Source of the DNA: a virus
DNA: 40,997 nt
Reading direction: 5' to 3' (one strand)
Virus record (IMG/VR): IMGVR_UViG_3300009787_000003
Coordinates: 1-40,997 of that record
The translations under genes were made by a program, and so were the position numbers. A model generated the notes under the pieces. It made no database searches. It was given only the letters and a program-made list of their open reading frames with translations, and had not been told where the DNA came from. Below are positions 17,329 through 23,822 of this stretch, one piece after another (the first letter of the stretch is position 1; each line of letters starts with the position of its first letter).

Positions 17329-17675
17329 AAATCATACTCCAGCACAGGTTCGGTACGGGGCTTCGGCAGATTGTCAACGAGCCGTGCAGCAGCGCGCACC
17401 TGATCGGCCAGCCGCGTCACAAGCGCGTCGTGCACTTCCACATCCAAGTGATAGGCATCGAGCATCAATTTAATTTGTTCGATCGAAAAGCCTCCGAATT
17501 GCGCTGCGGCGATGATCGCAGCCCGTTCCATCTGTTCTGCGGTATAGCGCCGCACCCCAGCATCGGAACGCGCCACGTCCCCAAGCAAACCTTCCGATTC
17601 CCAAAACCTAGCACCCCTTGCTGACGTGCAGCCAGCCATGCAGAATTCTGCCAATGTGTGAATTGCTTCGGTCAT
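17325..17675 (-). CDS. MerR-family HTH transcriptional regulator
   Basis: LAEFCMAGCTSARGARFWESEGLLGDVARSDAGVRRYTAEQMERAAII resembles the MerR HTH and wing. The start is set at MTEAIH, where the upstream micro-ORF stop overlaps (ATGA). It ends in EYDL. Confidence 0.75.
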   Translation of the reverse strand: MTEAIHTLAEFCMAGCTSARGARFWESEGLLGDVARSDAGVRRYTAEQMERAAIIAAAQFGGFSIEQIKLMLDAYHLDVEVHDALVTRLADQVRAAARLVDNLPKPRTEPVLEYDL

Positions 17676-17824
17676 TTCGAACAATCCTTGATTGCGCCAA
17701 TAAGGCAAAACATGTCAGTTTTTGGCAATGCACATTTTGGCAATGCGCAAGCCGGTTGCCTATACATACCAATCGCCACGATCAGCAGTAATAGCCCGAC
17801 TGCGATATAGGCAATAGATCTCAT
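17672..17824 (-). CDS. 50-aa micro-protein with N-terminal TM segment
   Basis: Below the track cutoff, with ATGA overlaps at both ends. Translation: MRSIAYIAVGLLLLIVAIGMYRQPACALPKCALPKTDMFCLIGAIKDCSK. The duplicated CALPK comes from a 15-bp tandem repeat. Confidence 0.4.
   Translation of the reverse strand: MRSIAYIAVGLLLLIVAIGMYRQPACALPKCALPKTDMFCLIGAIKDCSK
17720..17749. repeat. 15-bp tandem repeat x2 (ttttggcaatgcRca)
   Basis: Read directly: two adjacent units with one mismatch. Confidence 0.85.
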
Positions 17825-18270
17825 TTGAACATCTCAATCTCAAATTGTTCTTGCGTCAATTCACGATCGCGCCATTTATGGATTTCTTCGACAATGAAAA
17901 ATTCCTGCAAAGGTGGACGATGCTGCAAAGGATGCAAAAAAGTCTGTGAGCCGTTGGCATTTTTCAGTACCGGCAGATTAGCAAATTTCAATTCGTTCGC
18001 CAAGCGCGCACTAGATTTTTGAGGCAGCAAAATCGGCTGAAATCCCATCGTTAGTGCCAAAACGGGAAACAATGGCACCAATTCCGCAGCGGTATAGAAT
18101 TTGCGAGCTTTCAGGTACGGAAGCCAAGCGCTTACGGCGTCGGCGTGGCGGTGACGTGGATTTTGCATTGCAAACTTGGCGATCTCTGTTTTCAAGATCC
18201 GCACAAGGCCCGGCTGGTTTCCCTGCGCCCGCATCTGCGCCACGATCTTTGCCGTCGTTTCCACGCTCAT
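17821..18270 (-). CDS. 149-aa hypothetical protein
   Basis: The ATG overlaps the primase-helicase stop (ATGA). No motif recognised. Confidence 0.6.
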   Translation of the reverse strand: MSVETTAKIVAQMRAQGNQPGLVRILKTEIAKFAMQNPRHRHADAVSAWLPYLKARKFYTAAELVPLFPVLALTMGFQPILLPQKSSARLANELKFANLPVLKNANGSQTFLHPLQHRPPLQEFFIVEEIHKWRDRELTQEQFEIEMFK

Positions 18271-20216
18271 AGATCATACTCCGTTTCGCTGTCGTCATCT
18301 TCGCCCGGTTCATCTTCGCCCGTTTCTTCGTCATCGTCTTTGATCAAATTCCATTGGTTGCCCGTGCGCAAAATTTTCAATTCCTCTGTCGAATTCAAAA
18401 CCTGCAACACCTTGCGAGCCTCCACGCCCACGCGAACGGCGATCGTCTGCGCCAGGATCGAGCCACCCGCAGAGCCACCCAATTCGTTCAGAACGTCCGC
18501 GACTTCGTTGAACGTCGCCCAGGATATAACCGGCCCATCGCCTTTTTTCTTGTCAGCCGGGCCTAGCACCTTTTCGGTTTTCCGCAGCACGATCGATTGA
18601 CCGAAAACCTTGGTTTCAAAATTCGTAACGGCATCCTCTACGTCAGCTTCCTTTTGCTTCCGTACAGTCATTTGCATCCCGCCTGCCATTTTCTTAACTT
18701 CGATCGCAAAATCTGCGTTGGCAAAATAGACGCTAGATCCACGTGCACCTTTTGACGCATCCTTGCCGACGTGATCGACCAGCAGCACACAGCATTGATA
18801 GTGATCGCGCATCTGTTCCAGAAATTGAATAACCAGGGAGCCTTCCTTGGACGCATTTTCGTCAATTCCCGTGATCAGCCGCGACTTGGTATCGATGACG
18901 ATCAGCCGGGGCCGGGCGTTGGCTTCCGCCAAATCTTCCTTTACCCATTTCCACAGATCGGTTTCAGTATAGAGCGGCACGCGGGGCATAAAAAATAGCC
19001 GGTGATCATTCCTGAATTCAATTTCATGTGCTTCCATCCATGCCGGGAACCGAAGCCGGGCCATACCAATCGGACTTTCGCCGGCGAAGAAAACCACGTC
19101 TTGCTTTTCGGCGCACGGGTTTTCCCATTGGCCCGGAATTCCGAAGGCCAGGGTTAGGGACAGATCCAGGGCGACAAAGGATTTGTAAGAGCCGGATTGA
19201 CCGTAAAGCATCCCAACGCCGATCTCGGGCAACATGCCGGGCAAGAGCCATTTAGGATCTTCGACACTATCCGCAAAATCATTGATAAACTGCAATCGAG
19301 GCCGGGATCGTGTGGGCGCTTCCGGTTCTGTCGGCGTGTCCATCCCGGCGAATTTTTCAAACGCTTCGGCGTTCGATTGGTGCCCTTCCGCGCCTGTCTT
19401 GGTATTCGTTCCCGACTTGTAAATGCTTTCAATCTTGAATTGCAGATCCTCCGGTTCCCATGGCGGAATGCAATGCGGGTTCCAGATCTCTTGCATCAAT
19501 TCAAAGCACGTATAAGGGGAAATTCCTTTCGACAGGACCGCAGCAGCCGTGGCGACAGTTTTGTTGTCGCCGCCTTGACCTTCGATCGCGACAGAACCGG
19601 CCTTCACAAACCCGTTCAAGATATCGCGCGCCGTTTGGATATTGCGCGGTAGATCCTTGCCGATTTCTTTTTCTAACCCTTGGACTTCCTTCGCCTTGCG
19701 CTCTGGTATCAGTGCCAAGACCGCAGCCGGATAAGGCGCGATCTCGCCGGCATTCAGGATCTCATATGTGCCCTTGTCGGTTCGCGAGCCGGGCAGCACG
19801 ACATAACCGCCAGAAACGATTTGCCCAGCCCGCTTGATCCCGCCACGCGTGTCAATGCCTTCGGCAATCCGTGACGCCGTGCTAGGGCCTTCCCCGCGAA
19901 AATAGACATGCAAACCACCGCGTGGCGTCCGAACGGTAAAAGCGCGAGCCGCAGCCGACTTGATTTCAGGATCACGCGCTAAAAGCGCAGCCCACCAATC
20001 AAGGCCCCCAGGATCGACATCAAGCACAAAGATATTAGATAGGCCACAAGCCAACCCCCAGTTGAAATCTGGGTTAATCCTTGACCAGTGTGCAATTTGT
20101 TTCGGGTCATTAGATGCCTCTTTCCATCCGGTCGCCGTGGCGGGCAGTTTACTGCCCGGCTGGCACGGGAACACATAAGGCTTGACCGCCTGCAATTGAT
20201 ACGGTAACTCAAGCAC
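18267..20216 (-). CDS. bifunctional primase-polymerase / RecA-type (AAA_25-like) replicative helicase
   Basis: N-terminal Prim-Pol signature (PATATGWKEAS...NIFVLDVDPGG). The C-terminal P-loop is MLYGQSGSYKS with Walker B CCVLLVDHVGK. The acidic tail is DDDEETGEDEPGEDDDSETEYDL. GTG start with GGAGGG upstream. Confidence 0.9.
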   Translation of the reverse strand: MLELPYQLQAVKPYVFPCQPGSKLPATATGWKEASNDPKQIAHWSRINPDFNWGLACGLSNIFVLDVDPGGLDWWAALLARDPEIKSAAARAFTVRTPRGGLHVYFRGEGPSTASRIAEGIDTRGGIKRAGQIVSGGYVVLPGSRTDKGTYEILNAGEIAPYPAAVLALIPERKAKEVQGLEKEIGKDLPRNIQTARDILNGFVKAGSVAIEGQGGDNKTVATAAAVLSKGISPYTCFELMQEIWNPHCIPPWEPEDLQFKIESIYKSGTNTKTGAEGHQSNAEAFEKFAGMDTPTEPEAPTRSRPRLQFINDFADSVEDPKWLLPGMLPEIGVGMLYGQSGSYKSFVALDLSLTLAFGIPGQWENPCAEKQDVVFFAGESPIGMARLRFPAWMEAHEIEFRNDHRLFFMPRVPLYTETDLWKWVKEDLAEANARPRLIVIDTKSRLITGIDENASKEGSLVIQFLEQMRDHYQCCVLLVDHVGKDASKGARGSSVYFANADFAIEVKKMAGGMQMTVRKQKEADVEDAVTNFETKVFGQSIVLRKTEKVLGPADKKKGDGPVISWATFNEVADVLNELGGSAGGSILAQTIAVRVGVEARKVLQVLNSTEELKILRTGNQWNLIKDDDEETGEDEPGEDDDSETEYDL

Positions 20217-20237
20217 TCAGCCCTCCAGGCCCACACG

Positions 20238-20273
20238 AAACCCGCCAGTGATTAGCCCCGCTGGCGGGTTTTT
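20238..20273. terminator. terminator-like hairpin between the promoter candidate and the primase gene
   Basis: The stem aaacccgccag/ctggcgggttt has an 11-nt loop. The U-tract is strong in plus-strand orientation (gggtttttgcgttt). It is only UUUCGUGU in the minus-strand sense orientation. Confidence 0.45.
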
Positions 20274-20312
20274 GCGTTTAATTTCAAATGGGTTAGCCCC
20301 TCGAAGCCAATA

Positions 20313-20342
20313 GGCATAACGCATGGACTGCCCAAGCGTCAA
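20313..20342 (-). promoter_or_regulatory. sigma70-like promoter candidate for the replication operon
   Basis: On the minus strand: GGTTGACG-cttgggcagtccatgcg-TTATGC (TTGACG-N17-TTATGC, or N18-TATGCC). The same extended -35 GGTTGACG recurs at 23396 and 23518. Confidence 0.4.
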
Positions 20343-20348
20343 CCGGTT

Positions 20349-20420
20349 TCATCCTTCGCAAAGCGTGATCAAGATCAGCACCAGAACAATCAGGATAAGG
20401 ACCAAAACAAAGAAAGTCAT
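20349..20420 (-). CDS. 23-aa hydrophobic micro-ORF
   Basis: MTFFVLVLILIVLVLILITLCEG. GGAGAA lies 7 nt upstream, and the ATG overlaps the stop of the 51-aa ORF (ATGA). Confidence 0.3.
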   Translation of the reverse strand: MTFFVLVLILIVLVLILITLCEG

Positions 20421-20572
20421 TTCGTGTTCTCCGTTACGCCAAACGAATGATTGATATAATAACGCCAAGCGCCACCACGTGATTGCAGGCGAAACAACTT
20501 GGCATTCGAAAAGCCCCCTTGCGCGTAAAATTCCTTTTTCGTGATACGCTCTTTGCGGATATCTTGCGCCAT
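20417..20572 (-). CDS. 51-aa basic hypothetical protein
   Basis: Below the track cutoff. The start overlaps the previous stop (TAATG). Translation: MAQDIRKERITKKEFYAQGGFSNAKLFRLQSRGGAWRYYINHSFGVTENTK. Confidence 0.45.
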   Translation of the reverse strand: MAQDIRKERITKKEFYAQGGFSNAKLFRLQSRGGAWRYYINHSFGVTENTK

Positions 20573-21054
20573 TACTTGCCATCCTCCCAATCGTTCGCAA
20601 TGTTATTCCAGATCTCCGGCCCTTTGCCCCCTGATTGCCAGGGGATATTCCGGAAATCGAAAAACTCTCCGGCCCAGGAATTGCAGCGATAGACTGGCAC
20701 CGCATTTTCACCGCGACGATCGAAGCGGTCGAACCGGATAAGCTGAAATGATCGGATATCATTCACGATTGCGCTCACGCGCTTCAGGCGCTTGCGGTAC
20801 CGCTTCGACCGCAAAAGATCGATCCCGGACTGCACCAATTCGCCCGCCACGAATGGCTTGCGACGCTCTAGCAATTCTTCCACATCATAGGCGCAAAAAT
20901 CGTCCACAGAGCGCGCCAGCGCCTTTGAAACGCTCCAGCCTGCTTGCATCCGCTCCATACCGTTGATCAGTTTGCGAAGGCCAATGACATTGGTTTTTGT
21001 CACAAGGCCGGAATTGATCGCCGCTACGTGGCGTTCGACTGTCGTTTGCATCAT
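20572..21054 (-). CDS. 160-aa hypothetical early protein
   Basis: ORF with an ATGA overlap to the upstream gene. No motif recognised. Confidence 0.65.
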   Translation of the reverse strand: MMQTTVERHVAAINSGLVTKTNVIGLRKLINGMERMQAGWSVSKALARSVDDFCAYDVEELLERRKPFVAGELVQSGIDLLRSKRYRKRLKRVSAIVNDIRSFQLIRFDRFDRRGENAVPVYRCNSWAGEFFDFRNIPWQSGGKGPEIWNNIANDWEDGK

Positions 21055-21353
21055 TTTGCATCCTTATCTTCGACTTCAAAGCCTTCGCAGACTTTGTTCC
21101 CGGTTTCGACTAAGACGAAAACTGCGCCTGTTTTTGCACCGCCCATAACCCATTTGCCCGACCATCCCAGCTTTTCAGCCAATAGGCGCGCAGCTTTCGC
21201 GTGGTTTTCATCGACGCCTAGAGCGTGATCATACCACATAATGATTTTGGGATTGCCCGGCCCGTCGCCGGATGCTGTCGCGATGATACGCGAGCCCTTC
21301 ACATTGGAAGGTCCGAAATATTTTGTGGTGATGCTGCGAAAATAAATCAGCAT
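21051..21353 (-). CDS. 100-aa hypothetical early protein
   Basis: YFGPSNVKGSRIIATASG...YDHALGVDENHAKAARLLAEKLGW resembles a widespread phage/plasmid family of unknown function. This is from memory and unverified. Confidence 0.65.
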   Translation of the reverse strand: MLIYFRSITTKYFGPSNVKGSRIIATASGDGPGNPKIIMWYDHALGVDENHAKAARLLAEKLGWSGKWVMGGAKTGAVFVLVETGNKVCEGFEVEDKDAK

Positions 21354-21383
21354 ATTACTTGCTCCGTTGAAAGCTGATAGGGT

Positions 21384-21398
21384 CTTACGTAACGTAAG
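21384..21398. promoter_or_regulatory. perfect palindrome CTTACGT-A-ACGTAAG (operator-like)
   Basis: 7-bp arms with a 1-nt spacer cannot form an RNA hairpin, so a DNA-level binding site is more likely. It matches 23399-23413 at 13 of 15 positions. Confidence 0.45.
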
Positions 21399-21403
21399 CC
21401 GGA

Positions 21404-21967
21404 TTATAGGTCAAGCCCCGGATTAAAATAAAGGGTTCTCTTTCGCCCGCTTTTTTGCTCCGTTCGCCAGCATCCGGCAAATTCAGGATCTTTGCGGCAA
21501 TTCAGCAAAGCCCGTGCAAATTTGGTTAGGAAAGCATGCCGACCGGCTGGCAAAATCCTGATACCTGCCCGCACGCCTAGAAAAGCGTAGGGGACAGGTT
21601 CGCCGGGCAAAACAGATTTGACCCATGCAATGACCGCTTTGACGCCTTTAGGATCATCGTCGGCGGCCAAATTGACAGCTTTGACGAGATCCAAAGGCAT
21701 CGCCTCAATATCATAATGCCCTAGCGCTTTGACCTGATTGCGCGCTTGGCTTTGCCGGTTTTTCAGCTCCGCATAAATTTTCGGTTTTTCGATCAGCAAA
21801 AGCAATTGCTCCACGCTTAAATCCTGATTGCGCACCAAGTTTGCGCGCATTGCTGGCGCAAGCGGATGACCATCGCCTTCGTCACAGATCAAGAGGCCAT
21901 CGCGAACCAAGCGTTTGAGCTTGCCCAAGCTGATTTGATATTTTTCGTTTATCTCGAAAATATTCAT
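21404..21967 (-). CDS. 187-aa hypothetical protein, possible N-terminal HTH
   Basis: The start MNIFEINEKYQISLGKLKRLVRDGLL overlaps the previous stop (TAATG). It ends in GLDL. The HTH call is by eye only. Confidence 0.6.
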   Translation of the reverse strand: MNIFEINEKYQISLGKLKRLVRDGLLICDEGDGHPLAPAMRANLVRNQDLSVEQLLLLIEKPKIYAELKNRQSQARNQVKALGHYDIEAMPLDLVKAVNLAADDDPKGVKAVIAWVKSVLPGEPVPYAFLGVRAGIRILPAGRHAFLTKFARALLNCRKDPEFAGCWRTEQKSGRKRTLYFNPGLDL

Positions 21968-22224
21968 TAGACCGGTTCCCCGTTGATTTCCAAAATTTCC
22001 GAAGGCCGGACTATGAAACAATCCCACCCGGCATATTTAACCATAGGGAAATTGTTCACAGGCGAAAAGCCCCGGATTTTGCGCGACACGGTTTTATGAT
22101 CCCACCCCGTCGCGGCTTTGAATTTGATTGTGTCGCCAATGGCCCAGGCCGGGCGCTCTTGAACCGGAGCGCCACCCGTGAATGGGTGCAACCATATCGA
22201 TCGATCAGCCATAAAAAGGCGCAA
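21967..22224 (-). CDS. 85-aa hypothetical early protein
   Basis: ORF with an uncertain start (TTG at 22224 or ATG at 22212). No SD seen. Confidence 0.5.
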   Translation of the reverse strand: MRLFMADRSIWLHPFTGGAPVQERPAWAIGDTIKFKAATGWDHKTVSRKIRGFSPVNNFPMVKYAGWDCFIVRPSEILEINGEPV

Positions 22225-22270
22225 GCCCAGGCCGGGCGCGGTTTGTGATTTGTCCTGATTTCCATCACGT

Positions 22271-22546
22271 TCATTCCCCTACAAATTCCACGAAAAACGG
22301 TTCGCTTGCCCAGCAAGATGCGCTAGGCGCTTTCGTGTCACGCAATTCCGCCTGATATTCCGCGCAACCGTCAAAGATATGCGCGCCCGGTTCACTAAAC
22401 GCGATTTTGATCGCATAACCGTCATATTCGCGGCTTGCCCAGCGTCGCACTAGATCCCGCAAACCTTCGCGGCTTGTGTTTTCGTTTGGCGCTATCTTTC
22501 GCACAAAATCTTGCCCGCTGGCATTGTGATAAATCGACAAAAACAT
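22271..22546 (-). CDS. 91-aa hypothetical early protein
   Basis: GAAAGG lies upstream of the ATG. No motif recognised. Confidence 0.55.
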   Translation of the reverse strand: MFLSIYHNASGQDFVRKIAPNENTSREGLRDLVRRWASREYDGYAIKIAFSEPGAHIFDGCAEYQAELRDTKAPSASCWASEPFFVEFVGE

Positions 22547-22574
22547 AAATCAGCCTTTCGACTAGGTTTAGAAG

Positions 22575-22597
22575 TGGCCAGCCGGTCAAGCTGGCCA
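22575..22597 (-). other. intergenic hairpin
   Basis: 8-bp stem tggccagc/gctggcca with a 7-nt loop and no U-tract. It lies between the first two early genes. Confidence 0.4.
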
Positions 22598-22606
22598 GAT
22601 CAAAAC

Positions 22607-22828
22607 TTAGTCCTGCAATGCGCCAGACAATTTTGCCATTTCGGCAAAGATCATATCTGCATCAGCAAGCGTTTCGATTATCTCCGCATTGCTTGGCTTG
22701 TGATCTTCGCTTTCTTCCCACAGATCCCACCAGCACGCGTCGGCAAAATCTTCAATTCCCATTCCACAACCGCTTGCACGTTGAATGACGCGATCAGCTT
22801 TTGCCATGAATTGTTCGAAAGTCTGCAT
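22607..22828 (-). CDS. 73-aa strongly acidic first early protein
   Basis: The start is set at MQTFEQF (GGAAACGAAAGGAAACC upstream) because the longer ORF start lies upstream of the predicted transcription start. By hand count it has 16 Asp/Glu against 5 Lys/Arg. Confidence 0.6.
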   Translation of the reverse strand: MQTFEQFMAKADRVIQRASGCGMGIEDFADACWWDLWEESEDHKPSNAEIIETLADADMIFAEMAKLSGALQD

Positions 22829-22852
22829 TTTGTCGGTTTCCTTTCGTTTCCT

Positions 22853-22866
22853 TGTGATGTGATGCA
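22853..22866. repeat. tgtgatgtgatgca repeat, copy 1
   Basis: The identical 14-mer recurs at 22950-22963, and a partial copy gcgatgtgatac lies at 22986-22997. Confidence 0.8.
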
Positions 22867-22891
22867 TATCGCATGGAAATCACCTTGTCAA
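22863..22891 (-). promoter_or_regulatory. early leftward promoter candidate, TTGACA-N17-TATGCA
   Basis: On the minus strand: TTGACA aggtgatttccatgcga TATGCA. The -10 overlaps a TGCATCACATCACA repeat, and the -35 abuts the palindrome GCACAATTGTGC. Confidence 0.5.
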
Positions 22892-22903
22892 GCACAATTG
22901 TGC
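22892..22903. promoter_or_regulatory. perfect 12-bp palindrome GCACAATTGTGC
   Basis: Read directly. It lies immediately upstream of the -35 of the early promoter candidate. Confidence 0.5.
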
Positions 22904-22917
22904 AAAAATTTTTGATC

Positions 22918-22937
22918 AACCGCAAAGGCGCGGTTTT
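22918..22937. terminator. weak terminator-like hairpin
   Basis: aaccgc-aaaggc-gcggtt followed by ttttgctt on the plus strand. The stem is only 6 bp. Confidence 0.3.
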
Positions 22938-22949
22938 GCTTGATATAAA

Positions 22950-22963
22950 TGTGATGTGATGCA
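22950..22963. repeat. tgtgatgtgatgca repeat, copy 2
   Basis: Identical 14-mer. It is followed by the 16-bp near-palindrome ATGTGTCTAGATACAT (22970-22985). Confidence 0.8.
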
Positions 22964-23252
22964 ATGCGGATGTGTCTAGATACATGCGATGTGATACTCG
23001 TTTATGCGCGTGCGCGGTACTACGTACTACTAGCTTCGCTGCGTTGCGCTCCGCTAGCGCCTTACGGCGCACTCCGCTCCACTACGCTGCGATCAGCTTA
23101 ATTAGATGGACCGTTTCAAGCAATGGACGTGACTTAAAAATATTCCAAGCTTTTAATATTTTCTTAAATGTTTTTCCGCCATCACAGATTTTGCCGGTTG
23201 CGTTGGCAATCCGGTTTGTTCCACCTAGCCCCCAAATTTTGAAAGGCTCAAA

Positions 23253-23390
23253 ATGCTTGAATTCACCGAACGGCGAAAAAATTCTCGCTTTATGATTGAT
23301 CCTGCCAAATCTCGCAAAGAATTTTGGCGCATGAAGCTGGCAGAGCATAACCGGCTTGAAAAAATTTACGGACGCGAAAAAACCGCTTGA
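23253..23390 (+). CDS. 45-aa basic helical micro-protein candidate
   Basis: MLEFTERRKNSRFMIDPAKSRKEFWRMKLAEHNRLEKIYGREKTA, with GAAAGG 7 nt upstream. It competes with the antisense 103-aa ORF 23082-23393, whose Phe-rich composition looks like the antisense of a Lys-rich gene. Confidence 0.35.
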   Translation: MLEFTERRKNSRFMIDPAKSRKEFWRMKLAEHNRLEKIYGREKTA

Positions 23391-23398
23391 CAATCGGT

Positions 23399-23413
23399 TG
23401 ACGTTACGTTAGA
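23399..23413. promoter_or_regulatory. operator-like site TGACGTTACGTTAGA within GGTTGACG box
   Basis: It contains ACGTTACGT and is flanked by the inverted CGGT/ACCG pair. It matches the 21384-21398 palindrome (read on the minus strand) at 13 of 15 positions. Confidence 0.4.
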
Positions 23414-23439
23414 CCGGTTGCATCGAAAGGGGAAAAACA

Positions 23440-23523
23440 ATGCTCTACGAAATCGCTGCCATCGTGCTTTTGAGCATTCCGGCCATCCGGCTTGCCGCTA
23501 CGTTAACCCGATGGAAAGGTTGA
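23440..23523 (+). CDS. 27-aa hydrophobic micro-ORF or leader peptide candidate
   Basis: MLYEIAAIVLLSIPAIRLAATLTRWKG, with AAAGGGGA upstream. It contains one copy of the CGCTACGTTAACC repeat, so it may be a regulatory leader rather than a protein. Confidence 0.25.
   Translation: MLYEIAAIVLLSIPAIRLAATLTRWKG
23496..23508. repeat. CGCTACGTTAACC repeat, copy 1
   Basis: The identical 13-mer recurs 28 bp downstream. Confidence 0.8.
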
Positions 23524-23548
23524 CGCTACGTTAACCATAAAATAAATT
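23520..23548 (+). promoter_or_regulatory. rightward promoter candidate, TTGACG-N17-TAAATT
   Basis: GGTTGACG ctacgttaaccataaaa TAAATT. Confidence 0.4.
23524..23536. repeat. CGCTACGTTAACC repeat, copy 2
   Basis: Identical 13-mer. It lies in the spacer of the promoter candidate at 23520-23548. Confidence 0.8.
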
Positions 23549-23732
23549 CGAATGGTCCGGTACCTTTTAGGATTTCCGGGATTGGAGGGGGGATAGGTTC
23601 GATAGGCAACGGCACATGCCGGGCCGGGTCGATACACCGAATAAATCTCAAATTTTTCCGTCACCTTCGTATCCACCTACAAAAATAAAAATTTTCCCAA
23701 TTTTTCCAAGCCCCCTTACCCTGCGTCACCGC

Positions 23733-23761
23733 TTGCACCGCCTGCCAATCCCCTGTATGCT
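23733..23761 (+). promoter_or_regulatory. rightward promoter candidate, TTGCAC-N17-TATGCT
   Basis: Counted by hand. It lies downstream of an A-tract-rich segment and 62 nt upstream of the KTSC gene ATG. Confidence 0.35.
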
Positions 23762-23822
23762 CCTAACGGTTATCGATCACCTGCTACCGGCCCTTACGGC
23801 TCGGTAGAGCCTAAGCTGGAGC

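Noticed and set aside
17325-17675. Interpreting the MerR-like gene as a lysogeny repressor, which would imply a temperate lifestyle.
   Set aside because: No integrase, excisionase, ParAB or CI/Cro-like pair is found anywhere in the unit genome. The gene sits inside the replication operon.
20349-20762. 137-aa minus-strand ORF overlapping the 160-aa early gene.
   Set aside because: Most of it overlaps the better-supported 20572-21054 gene in another frame. The region is better explained by the coupled 51-aa and 23-aa ORFs.
23082-23393. 103-aa minus-strand ORF in the control region.
   Set aside because: The Phe/Lys-rich composition looks like the reverse complement of a Lys/Glu-rich frame. It would start inside the rightward promoter boxes and is separated from the early promoter by a hairpin. 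It is kept only as an alternative to the 45-aa plus-strand candidate.
22850-23540. Possible CRISPR-like or iteron array.
   Set aside because: The repeats are 13-15 nt with only two or three copies and irregular spacing. This is consistent with operators, not a CRISPR array.
23590-23640. tRNA-like T-loop strings (ggttcgata, gggtcgatacacc).
   Set aside because: I could not build flanking 5-bp T-stems, an acceptor stem or a D-arm by eye, so no cloverleaf can be formed.
23616-23807. 63-aa plus-strand ORF (MPGRVDTPNKSQIFPSPSYPP...).
   Set aside because: It has Pro/Ile/Leu-rich low-complexity composition and no SD. It spans A-tract DNA and the TTGCAC-N17-TATGCT promoter candidate.
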